Source of the DNA: a virus
Lineage: Duplodnaviria; Caudoviricetes
DNA length: 53,156 nucleotides
Reading direction: 5' to 3' (one strand)
IMG/VR virus record: IMGVR_UViG_3300025789_000006
Location: 1 to 53,156 of that record
The notes under the pieces were generated by a model. The model saw only the letters and a program-made list of their open reading frames with translations. It was not told the DNA's origin and made no database searches. Below, in pieces: positions 27,659-35,144 of the stretch. The first letter of the stretch is position 1. Every line of letters starts with the position of its first letter. A program made the position numbers and the translations under genes.

Positions 27659-28003
27659 CTAATGTTTGGTCGGCGGTGGCCTGCAGGTGTTCCAGTCGCC
27701 AAACTGGCCCAGATTCATGACCTTGTCGAGCAAGTCCTGCGTTGCCTGCGATGCATGGGCATTGTCGAACTTGTGTTTGACCTCCTTCATCATGATGTGC
27801 ATGAAGGGGTCTATTTCGCCCCCACGGCGCTCCACGATGAGGATGGATAGGGTCATGAGGGTGGTGCTGATATTTGCCGCCACAGACAGGCATACATCGT
27901 GTCCATGCTTATCCATGATCTGGTGGAAGTACCGTTGAATGAGCGGGTCAACCCTTTTCAGAAGCTCCCCGACCTTTTCGATGTCTTTTTCGATACTCAT
28001 CAC
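27659..28003 (-). CDS. Early hypothetical protein
   Basis: 114 aa, coupled ORF. Confidence 0.6.
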   Translation of the reverse strand: MMSIEKDIEKVGELLKRVDPLIQRYFHQIMDKHGHDVCLSVAANISTTLMTLSILIVERRGGEIDPFMHIMMKEVKHKFDNAHASQATQDLLDKVMNLGQFGDWNTCRPPPTKH

Positions 28004-28254
28004 TGCACCATTTGGCTAGGGATGCGATTGCGAATCTTCTCGGCGATCTCATCTTGGCCTGCCTCTTTGGCGATGTCTGCGCAGGCTTGGCGCTCGATGA
28101 AGATGGCCTGCTTGGTCGTCTCAATTGCCACCTGCATGATCTCAGCCTTGGCAAGCACCAAAGCCTCGTCGAATTCAATTTGAGTGAAGAACTTCATGGT
28201 TCCTGCGTTTCCCAACAATTGGCGAGCCAATGGGCTCAATTCTTTCTTTTCCAT
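28000..28254 (-). CDS. Early hypothetical protein
   Basis: 84 aa with ERQACADIA motif; GAGG RBS. Confidence 0.65.
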   Translation of the reverse strand: MEKKELSPLARQLLGNAGTMKFFTQIEFDEALVLAKAEIMQVAIETTKQAIFIERQACADIAKEAGQDEIAEKIRNRIPSQMVQ

Positions 28255-28365
28255 TTAATACCTCTCGTTTTTTTGTAACCACCACAACATGCCAAGCGCC
28301 ACCAAAATAATTACCACGATGGTAAGGCCGGCAATCAAAAGAAAATTTAGGATGGTCGTGATCAT
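28255..28365 (-). CDS. Small single-TM peptide (36 aa, not in ORF track)
   Basis: MITTILNFLLIAGLTIVVIILVALGMLWWLQKNERY exactly fills the gap between flanking ORFs. Confidence 0.55.
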   Translation of the reverse strand: MITTILNFLLIAGLTIVVIILVALGMLWWLQKNERY

Positions 28366-28574
28366 TTAATTCGTGCCACCTTCGCGCGCTTCATCACCAA
28401 CTCGTACTCGGCCTTGGCCTTGTCGTCGAGCTTACGCAATGGAAGTCCCTGATAGAACTTCCATTTGGCTTGAAACTCAGGCAACTCACTTGCAGGCACC
28501 CAACCCATCTGGCGCCACCTCACGGTGATGTCGGTGCCTGTTGGTGTCCAGACATGTTCGTTATCTTGATTCAT
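28362..28574 (-). CDS. Early hypothetical protein
   Basis: Start MNQDN after an AAGGAGG RBS. Confidence 0.65.
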   Translation of the reverse strand: MNQDNEHVWTPTGTDITVRWRQMGWVPASELPEFQAKWKFYQGLPLRKLDDKAKAEYELVMKRAKVARIK

Positions 28575-29020
28575 GCTACCTCCTTTGTGTTGATGCCCAG
28601 ATGACTGAGCCCTTCGGGTGTGATCCTCCAAACGACTGCTTTACGCTTGGAGACAGTTTGACGCCGGTGGCCTGAATCTTCAACCAGTCCTGCGTCCATC
28701 AGAGTGACCCTACAAGGCCGGTATGAGTTGCCCGGCATGTTGAGGGCCTGCTGACCTTCTTCGTCGGTGATAGGCCGCTTTGCGATAGCCACCAACACCG
28801 AGCGTCGCACATCACTGAACTTCTCAGATGCCTTCAGGGCCGAGGCGATGCTCGTGTCACTATGGCGTTGATGTGGTGGGAGCTCGCCGAGTGACTTGCG
28901 CTTCTTGCGCGACATCTTGGCGATCTCCGTTTTCACAGCTTGGATTGCCGCACCAGTGTCTGCGTGTGTCCAGTCACTGGTGAGGACTTCCAAGATCAAT
29001 TGAAGGTCTTGGAGTGTCAT
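28571..29020 (-). CDS. Winged-helix DNA-binding protein
   Basis: Start MTLQD; TDEE...NSYRPCRVTLMDAGLVEDSGHRRQTVSKRKAVVW wHTH-like C-terminus. Confidence 0.6.
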   Translation of the reverse strand: MTLQDLQLILEVLTSDWTHADTGAAIQAVKTEIAKMSRKKRKSLGELPPHQRHSDTSIASALKASEKFSDVRRSVLVAIAKRPITDEEGQQALNMPGNSYRPCRVTLMDAGLVEDSGHRRQTVSKRKAVVWRITPEGLSHLGINTKEVA

Positions 29021-29021
29021 A

Positions 29022-29327
29022 TCAAAAGTTGTAATCGTAAAACTTCTGTGGTGAATTCGATAGCCCAAACCGGCGCCCATGCTTGTCCTTCCATGTGCCC
29101 GACTTATGCAGGCGAATGCGGATGATTGGGTTCTGAGGATTGCTCTTGATGTGCCATGCCTGCGCGTTGTCGCTCACCGCGCTGAAGCCGCCGGGCACGA
29201 AGGTGGTCTTGACGCTCTCGTCCTTCTCTGCATCCATCTCTCGCACTTCAAGAGTCCTGTCGCTGACCTTCTTCACGACCTCGTAGGGATTGACATCTGA
29301 CCAACCGTAGTGATTTGCGTAGTTCAT
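29022..29327 (-). CDS. Early hypothetical protein
   Basis: 101 aa with AAGGAG RBS. Confidence 0.7.
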   Translation of the reverse strand: MNYANHYGWSDVNPYEVVKKVSDRTLEVREMDAEKDESVKTTFVPGGFSAVSDNAQAWHIKSNPQNPIIRIRLHKSGTWKDKHGRRFGLSNSPQKFYDYNF

Positions 29328-29330
29328 GAT

Positions 29331-29525
29331 TTACTCCTTGGAAATTGCGCGTTGCAGGGCCTCGATGAGGGCTTCGGTTTCTTCGCGGGACATAGCCACT
29401 GATGCGTGACCGCCGGGGAAGAAGATAGACATGTGTGAACCGTCGTCAAAGTCGCTGACCATGATCTTGCGGTCAGACTCGACGATCTTGATGGAGGTGT
29501 CTTTGTTTTCGATTGTTACGCTCAT
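29331..29525 (-). CDS. Early hypothetical protein
   Basis: 64 aa with AGGAG RBS. Confidence 0.65.
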   Translation of the reverse strand: MSVTIENKDTSIKIVESDRKIMVSDFDDGSHMSIFFPGGHASVAMSREETEALIEALQRAISKE

Positions 29526-29557
29526 GGTGATCTCCTAAGGGGCCGAGGCCCCGTTGA

Positions 29558-29878
29558 TTATTTGACTGGGGTTACTCGGATGTCGGCGCGGCCTTCTTTG
29601 CGGAAGGTGTCGAGCACATCATCTTGGATGCCGTAGGAGACGCAGAGCTTGCCGTAATCAACGGTGCCCTTAACTTGCACGAGCTTGATGTCAACGCTGT
29701 GCAACTCACCTTGGTGTTTGCCTTCGCCGTACTTGTTGGCGATGGCCTCTTTCATGGCCTTGACTTGTTCTGCCAGAGCTTTGGCTTGTTGGTCGAGCAC
29801 AAAGAGTGCATCGATGTCAGATACGAGAGACTCGACAGTTGCGAGGGCTTGAATGTTTGCTTGAACTTCTGTGATCAT
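29558..29878 (-). CDS. Early hypothetical coiled-coil protein
   Basis: 106 aa with AAGGAG RBS, first gene after the 29.9-kb promoter. Confidence 0.7.
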   Translation of the reverse strand: MITEVQANIQALATVESLVSDIDALFVLDQQAKALAEQVKAMKEAIANKYGEGKHQGELHSVDIKLVQVKGTVDYGKLCVSYGIQDDVLDTFRKEGRADIRVTPVK

Positions 29879-29920
29879 TTCGATCTCCTTGATTAAACCT
29901 GCGACAGTGCAGTGATGAGA

Positions 29921-29949
29921 AGTATAACTCTAAGTTAGAGTCTTGCAAG
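29921..29949 (-). promoter_or_regulatory. Sigma70-like promoter with operator
   Basis: TTGCAA-N16-TATACT; operator copy TATAAC-N5-GTTAGA at 29923-29939. Confidence 0.6.
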
Positions 29950-30005
29950 CACTTTTTAAAAATATTTTCTAAGGAAAACCCTAATGTTGCTTTTACGCTA
30001 CTAAT

Positions 30006-30278
30006 TTAATTAGTAGTCAGGAACTTAAACACATGCCGGATGGTCACATTCAGGGCATCGAGCTGATCCATCTTGGCAATAGCCCACGCGCGCTTGTTCC
30101 CATGCCATCCCATGTTCGAGCCTTGGTGGCAGGACTTGCAGAGGGCCACCACCGTAAAGTGCTCACCTTGCTCGATGTGGTGTGCATCACTGGGCCCCGG
30201 CTGTCCACAGACTGAGCAGGGCTGTTCTTTGACGAGCCCCACCCACTTCTTTTCAAGCGTGTCGTAACTGCCGTTCAT
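30006..30278 (-). CDS. HNH-like Zn-binding nuclease (Ref/DUF968-like)
   Basis: CSVC...DAHHI...VALCKSCHQG. Confidence 0.75.
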   Translation of the reverse strand: MNGSYDTLEKKWVGLVKEQPCSVCGQPGPSDAHHIEQGEHFTVVALCKSCHQGSNMGWHGNKRAWAIAKMDQLDALNVTIRHVFKFLTTN

Positions 30279-30568
30279 AGGCCAACGATCTCATTCGGGA
30301 ATTTGAAATAAGGAGTTGAGTTGCCGTCGGGTGTGTAAGGTGCGGCGGCGCCGGTTTCGTTGAATGCCGCGAACGAATGCCCCTGCAATTGCTCAAGCAG
30401 GCCAACACACATGTTGTAGGACAAAGGCGCCTTCACAAGCTCTTTGTGCCGCTCCATGAGTTGACCAACCATGTCGATCTGCTGACGAATCATCATCATG
30501 ACGGCGAGCCGGTGGTCGCGCGCAAGCTTCTCTTTTTGCCAGACTTCGGTTTCTTTTAAGTGCTTCAT
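30275..30568 (-). CDS. Hypothetical protein
   Basis: 97 aa with AAGGAG RBS. Confidence 0.65.
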   Translation of the reverse strand: MKHLKETEVWQKEKLARDHRLAVMMMIRQQIDMVGQLMERHKELVKAPLSYNMCVGLLEQLQGHSFAAFNETGAAAPYTPDGNSTPYFKFPNEIVGL

Positions 30569-30578
30569 GTTTTCTCCT

Positions 30579-30917
30579 TCACATTACTGATTTATCCATC
30601 ACCCTGTTGGAGGCTTCAGTTGAGCGCCAAACCTCGATTCGAGCCTGCGCTGATACCAATCCCCATCTGAGTGTCTCTTCGGCCTCCACGGCCCCCTCTA
30701 GGCCCTTGAGCAGTTCCACATACGATGGGTCTGCATAGGCTTCGATCTCTGCCGCCGCCACGGTCTTGATGCCGCGCGACAATGCGGCCTTCATCAGCAT
30801 GGCTTTTTGGCTCTTGCGGTACTCTTCCAAGTAGGTGCGGTGAGCCTTGGCCTCGGCGTATTTGCGACCATGCGTGTAGAGGTAGTCCACCGCGTCGTTA
30901 ATGTCCTTTTGGTTCAT
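30579..30917 (-). CDS. Conserved helical phage protein
   Basis: 112 aa, all-helical, ending ARIEVWRSTEASNR. Confidence 0.7.
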   Translation of the reverse strand: MNQKDINDAVDYLYTHGRKYAEAKAHRTYLEEYRKSQKAMLMKAALSRGIKTVAAAEIEAYADPSYVELLKGLEGAVEAEETLRWGLVSAQARIEVWRSTEASNRVMDKSVM

Positions 30918-31062
30918 TCCAATACTCCTCTACCCAGTGTTCATAAAAGCCCCAACAAATCAGCCAATCCCACATCAACTTTTGCGCCATTGGATTGCGT
31001 GAGTCGGAATAGAACTTTGCCATCTGCAGGCAAGTTTCTTTTGGTGGTGCTTTGCTACTCAT
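30898..31062 (-). CDS. Small hypothetical protein (54 aa, not in ORF track)
   Basis: MSSKAPPKETCLQMAKFY...; ATGA-coupled to the RuvC-like gene. Confidence 0.45.
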   Translation of the reverse strand: MSSKAPPKETCLQMAKFYSDSRNPMAQKLMWDWLICWGFYEHWVEEYWNEPKGH

Positions 31063-31508
31063 ACCCCAAACCTCGCAATCAGTGCCGCGTCAGCCAGTGC
31101 TTGGCCTTGGCCTTTCTTGTCCAAGCATTGCCACTTGGGCCACATCTGAATGGCCTTCACGCGCGCCGCGTCTTTGTCGCTTCCAATGAGCCCTGCGGCC
31201 TTTTTCCACTTCTGTGGTGTCACCAGTTCATAGGGCGTCATGACCGCGCCCAGAATGCCCTCTATGACGCCGCAGGAGTGCCCAAAGTTGAACGACGAGC
31301 TCACGCCTTGCTTTGGCATTGAATGCACGAATTCGACATACACCTTGAGGGCGCCTGAATCGAAGATGAATCGGGCCAGTGAAGCCGCGTTCACCTTGGT
31401 GGTCGAGCCAACCTTCATGGTGGGCATCAACAGCCATTCGATGGGCTCGCCATCCTCAAGCAGAACAATCGCGCCCGATGCGCCGGGATCAATTCCAATC
31501 ACTCTCAT
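31059..31508 (-). CDS. RuvC-like Holliday junction resolvase
   Basis: MRVIGIDPG, VYVE, SSFNFG, TPQKWKK and ADAALIA motifs. Start moved to 31508. Confidence 0.85.
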   Translation of the reverse strand: MRVIGIDPGASGAIVLLEDGEPIEWLLMPTMKVGSTTKVNAASLARFIFDSGALKVYVEFVHSMPKQGVSSSFNFGHSCGVIEGILGAVMTPYELVTPQKWKKAAGLIGSDKDAARVKAIQMWPKWQCLDKKGQGQALADAALIARFGV

Positions 31509-31755
31509 GTACTGACCTTTCACTGTTGACCATGTGTTGATGCATCTCTTCCAATGCGTTGAGCTCGTCCTCGAATCGGCGCTTGAGCTCGTTGAGAGCC
31601 TTGGAGGCCAGATCATCTGCGCCGTGGTACATGATGCTGATCAGATCAGCCTCAGGCATGCGGTTTAAGATGTCTTTGACGGTCTTGATTTGGTTGGGCA
31701 ATATGCCGGGCTTTCCTTGAACAGACAGCCAGTAGGCGAAGTCATCGGACACCAT
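31489..31755 (-). CDS. Hypothetical protein
   Basis: 88 aa in a contiguous operon. Confidence 0.6.
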   Translation of the reverse strand: MVSDDFAYWLSVQGKPGILPNQIKTVKDILNRMPEADLISIMYHGADDLASKALNELKRRFEDELNALEEMHQHMVNSERSVHESDWN

Positions 31756-32047
31756 GTTTTGTCTCCCTCAGTTTGAACCACTCACAGCGTTGCAAGATGA
31801 ATCGCAGTGGGGTTTGTGGTTGGCGCTTGTGGTCAACAATCTTTGAACAGGTCTTCCTGTTGTCGTTGTAGTTTTGACACTCGAAACACAAACGCCGGTC
31901 ATCGGTACCGTCTTTGTCTCGCTCCCAGAGTTTGTCTGCGAGCTCCCATGCTTCGTCAGGAGATAAGCCTTCCGTCTCGAAGCGTTGCCGGCGGCGTTCG
32001 TGTCGTTTGACATAGATGTCGATCTCTTCTGGCTTAAGTAGCCTCAT
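31742..32047 (-). CDS. Hypothetical protein with Zn-binding motif
   Basis: DDRRLCFEC...C...LQRCEWF. Confidence 0.65.
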   Translation of the reverse strand: MRLLKPEEIDIYVKRHERRRQRFETEGLSPDEAWELADKLWERDKDGTDDRRLCFECQNYNDNRKTCSKIVDHKRQPQTPLRFILQRCEWFKLRETKHGVR

Positions 32048-32064
32048 GTTGACCCTCCAATAAA

Positions 32065-32106
32065 ATCACAATATTGTGATGTTAGAGAGTCTAACACAGA
32101 ATTAGA
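32065..32106. promoter_or_regulatory. Operator cluster
   Basis: Perfect 16-bp palindrome ATCACAATATTGTGAT (32065-32080), then GTTAGA-GAG-TCTAAC-ACAGA-ATTAGA. Confidence 0.6.
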
Positions 32107-32329
32107 CAATGACAACAGTTGAAGTCTCTCGTTCAACTATCAACTTTCCTTCTGTGACGAAGTTCCAATCCACACCGTTTGGATCCATCTCTGTCCATGC
32201 TACGGATTGAATCTTCACCCCTTTACAGATGATCTCTTTGTTGTTCTCATCGAACACGCGCCACTTGTGATCAACGGTGCCGCGCCCCGGTTGGCCTGCG
32301 GTTTTGTTGTAGCGAATGCGGTATTTCAT
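32102..32329 (-). CDS. Hypothetical protein
   Basis: 75 aa, KYRIRYNK...GRGTVDHKWRVF, coupled to the oxygenase gene. Confidence 0.7.
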   Translation of the reverse strand: MKYRIRYNKTAGQPGRGTVDHKWRVFDENNKEIICKGVKIQSVAWTEMDPNGVDWNFVTEGKLIVERETSTVVIV

Positions 32330-32970
32330 ATCACCTCCACTTTAGGGTCAGCCGCCGCCTCCTGTGGTGCTTGCGTGACGCCAAGATTCATGTGGACGAA
32401 CTTCACCGATTGCTCGCGGTTAAGGTTGCGGCTGAACTGGTGAGGCAACCATGCCGGTGTGAAGATGAGTGTGCCCTCTTCAGGCGTGAAGACCACCTGC
32501 GTCGATGCAGGCGCGACTTTCTTGTTGTCCTTAACCGGCAAATTGGTGATGACTTTGCCGGGGCGTGGATCGTGAATCACCATCTTCATGGCGTTCTTTG
32601 GCATGTTGAGGAAGTAGAACGCGCTGATCGCCGCGCCGTTGCCGTGGACATGAGTCTCCATGGCAGATTGGAAGTTGTGCTCTTGAGTCCACATCTCTTG
32701 AAAGAAGGTGACCAAGTTGTCCATGTTGTAGCCCTGAGCCGCGAAGATGTTCCATGCGGTTTGGGAGACATACTGCGCAAACTCTGCGGCATCCGGCTCG
32801 TGCGAGAAGCTTGCAGTCATCACGGTCATGGGGTTCTTTTTGTTCTTGTGCCGCGCCCTTGACTTGGCAAGGTATTGATTCGAAATCTTGCGAATGGGTT
32901 CCAAAAACTGTGGCAACTTCACCGCGTAGATCGGGGTGGTGAAGTAGTGGAACTCTTCAAGTTTGTCCAT
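32326..32970 (-). CDS. 2OG-Fe(II) oxygenase-like protein (TIGR02466-type)
   Basis: HxH (HVH), ISAFYFL, DPRP and PEEGTLIFTPAWLPH. Confidence 0.8.
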   Translation of the reverse strand: MDKLEEFHYFTTPIYAVKLPQFLEPIRKISNQYLAKSRARHKNKKNPMTVMTASFSHEPDAAEFAQYVSQTAWNIFAAQGYNMDNLVTFFQEMWTQEHNFQSAMETHVHGNGAAISAFYFLNMPKNAMKMVIHDPRPGKVITNLPVKDNKKVAPASTQVVFTPEEGTLIFTPAWLPHQFSRNLNREQSVKFVHMNLGVTQAPQEAAADPKVEVI

Positions 32971-33302
32971 GTTTTTCTCCTGATTGAACTATCAAAAGTC
33001 TAACACGGAATTAGAACTTTGCGTAGGGAAAATGGAAGGTCTTTTGACCTTAATCAAAATTACCCTTTCTTTATTTCTACCTTACTGTCTCTTTCCTGAT
33101 ACCCAGAGGTGGACAGACTCAGCCCTCCCAAGAGAGGATGAGCCTTCACAGATACCCGTCGGAGTTTCTGACCCGTCAGTCGTTCGATGTAAGGGCACTC
33201 ACTTCGCCACCCTTTGCTCTATCTCAACATCTTTCCCGTAGTAGAGCTGTCCCTGATCGCTACCGCCAGTGCGCGTCCGATTCAGCGACAAAGTATGAGA
33301 TC

Positions 33303-33417
33303 AAAAAAAAGCCGTTAAGACAAACCCCGGTGAGAACACATCCTTCTTTTGGAAGGACGGCACCCCATTCGGGGTCGGAGTTTGACTTAACGGCTTTCGC
33401 TTGCACAGGTTCTCACG
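33303..33417 (-). promoter_or_regulatory. Leader/attenuator-like structure with terminal U tract
   Basis: 12-bp perfect stem AAAGCCGTTAAG/CTTAACGGCTTT ending in T8 on the minus strand, internal hairpins, and alternative GTGAGAAC/GTTCTCAC pairing. Confidence 0.6.
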
Positions 33418-33429
33418 CCTTGCAAGTGA

Positions 33430-33460
33430 ATTATAACCACAAGCAAATTTTGCTTGTCAA
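33430..33460 (-). promoter_or_regulatory. Consensus sigma70 promoter with 19-bp spacer and 9-1-9 dyad
   Basis: TTGACA-N19-TATAAT; ACAAGCAAA-T-TTTGCTTGT at 33439-33457. Confidence 0.7.
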
Positions 33461-33469
33461 GTCTTTTTT

Positions 33470-33543
33470 TGGGGTGAAGGGGAGAATCGAACTCTCGCTG
33501 ACAGATTCACAGGCTGTCGTGCTACCACTACACTACCGACACC
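33470..33543 (-). tRNA. tRNA-His(GTG), structurally degenerate
   Basis: G-1/C73, CT-GTG-AA loop, GTTCGA, encoded CCA. Has two acceptor-stem mismatches, a C31-U39 mismatch and an irregular T arm. Confidence 0.75.
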
Positions 33544-33549
33544 ATAAAG

Positions 33550-33627
33550 TGGCTGTGGTATTTGGAATCGAACCAAACTCATTCTCGGTTAACAGCCGAG
33601 CGCATACACCTTGCTTGCTCTACCACA
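33550..33627 (-). tRNA. tRNA-Asn(GTT)
   Basis: Perfect TGTGGTA/TACCACA acceptor stem, CTCGG-CTGTTAA-CCGAG, TTTGG-TTCGATT-CCAAA, G73, CCA. Confidence 0.92.
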
Positions 33628-33655
33628 ATGGGATAGGGTCAATTTCGATGATGAT

Positions 33656-33730
33656 TGGTCTGTGCGGTAGGGATCGAACCTACGACCTCGTGTGCCCAAG
33701 ACACGCGCGCTACCACTGCGCTACGCACAG
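33656..33730 (-). tRNA. tRNA-Pro(TGG)
   Basis: CTGTGCG/CGCACAG acceptor stem, CGTGT-CTTGGGC-ACACG, GTAGG-TTCGATC-CCTAC, C1-G72, A73, CCA. Confidence 0.94.
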
Positions 33731-33819
33731 AGATAGGGGGTCGTGGGAGAGATGTGTTCATGATTGGATGAATTATATACATGAGATGGCTGTCATGTAC
33801 ATTTTTTTGAGTTTTGTAA

Positions 33820-34067
33820 ACATGACCCTTCTGTTTCTTGGTGGGTCATACCTCAGACGGGTCAGATTAACCGTCGAGCCTTCGGCTTATGCAAGTTGTT
33901 GGTGGCCGCAAATGGGGAACTGTGGACTGAACCACTCGCCCGATCACCGCATCTGCCACCAACACAACTGGAGACTGAAAGGCAGTTGGCGACGCGCAGT
34001 GAAGCACCAAGTCGTTTCCCACGCCAATCCCCATGTGTGTTGGCGCTGATGTTTACAGTCCATCAGC
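33820..34067 (-). ncRNA. Candidate structured ncRNA upstream of the tRNA cluster
   Basis: Several perfect inverted repeats of 7-10 bp in about 250 nt of intergenic sequence. Confidence 0.45.
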
Positions 34068-34083
34068 ACGACTTTCTAGAGAG

Positions 34084-34950
34084 TCAGGAGTATACCGCTG
34101 ATCTTCTACATTCGATGATTTTTTCCACCACCTTAAAAACGCTCTCCTTGGTATGTAGATCATTCGCATCCCATCCGACGGTGTCAGCCATCGTCCAAGG
34201 CAATCCGGTGGCCTCTGCGGCCTTCCTGCCCGTCTCTGAGGCATCGTTGTCGGCAAAGATGAACCGGTTGCCGGGTATCTGGTCAGCCACCGCAATCATG
34301 TTCGATGCTGAGAAGCACACTATCACCGAGGCCATCACGCCACAGCTCCTAAGGGCTTGATGCACCGACAGGCCGGTGGCATACCCTTCAACCAACCACG
34401 CCTCAGGCAGGCTCCTGTTGCCGATGTAAAAAACCGCATGCTTGGCCCTCATGCCGTGGAGCATCTTCTTTTCGTATTGTCGCGCGTCGTAGTCGTAGTA
34501 AATCTGCTGATAGCCCTGCAAAGCCATCGTGCTGACATTGCGCATGGGCACCAACAGCTTGTTGTCCAACACGAGCCCCAACTCATTTTTAAAACCCTTG
34601 AACTGCAGGTAGGCGTGGTTCTCTTTCTTAGCTGACCTGAGCGTGATGTCAGCCTGCAGGGCCACCCGTTGGTAGCCTGCCTCCTTGTCGGACTGCTGTA
34701 CGCGCCGTTTATCGGCCCATGCGCGCTTTTCTGCGTCAGTCCATGGTTTGGCATGAGGGTCTTCGTACCAAACGACTCTGGCCTCTCCTGACCAATCCAT
34801 GACCCATCCGCGCTGACCATCCCAGAAGTAGGCGCCATTGTCTGACTTGGGCTTGCTGACCGTACCAGTTCGCTTGATGCGCTCAGAAGGGTACAGCTTG
34901 TCGTGGTCGATCTCTACCCCGTGAGCTCGTGCAAAGTCGATGAAGCTCAT
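34084..34950 (-). CDS. TOPRIM-domain DNA primase
   Basis: LVEGYATG, FADND and DAND motifs; start MSFIDFARAHG at 34950. Confidence 0.88.
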   Translation of the reverse strand: MSFIDFARAHGVEIDHDKLYPSERIKRTGTVSKPKSDNGAYFWDGQRGWVMDWSGEARVVWYEDPHAKPWTDAEKRAWADKRRVQQSDKEAGYQRVALQADITLRSAKKENHAYLQFKGFKNELGLVLDNKLLVPMRNVSTMALQGYQQIYYDYDARQYEKKMLHGMRAKHAVFYIGNRSLPEAWLVEGYATGLSVHQALRSCGVMASVIVCFSASNMIAVADQIPGNRFIFADNDASETGRKAAEATGLPWTMADTVGWDANDLHTKESVFKVVEKIIECRRSAVYS

Positions 34951-35144
34951 GATGCACTCACTGGGTAAAAGGTCACAACACCACTGGGCCAATGAATAGT
35001 GACACTGCAACCCAACTTTTTGGATGTGCTTGAAATCCAATGCTTGATTGCAGGCTCATACATCAATTTTTCAAGCAAACGCAAACTGATAGTCGCATCT
35101 TCGCCGCGATTCACCCTCTCGGCAATCCATGCTTCGATATTCAT
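34947..35144 (-). CDS. Hypothetical protein
   Basis: 65 aa, ATGA-coupled, AGGAGG RBS. Confidence 0.6.
   Translation of the reverse strand: MNIEAWIAERVNRGEDATISLRLLEKLMYEPAIKHWISSTSKKLGCSVTIHWPSGVVTFYPVSAS

Noticed and set aside
33470-33730. tRNAs as attP or prophage boundary
   Set aside because: No integrase or host genes, and no duplicated tRNA 3' end; the tRNAs look phage-encoded.
33138-34049. 303-aa plus-strand ORF
   Set aside because: Antisense to three tRNAs and the structured leader, with no recognisable protein features.
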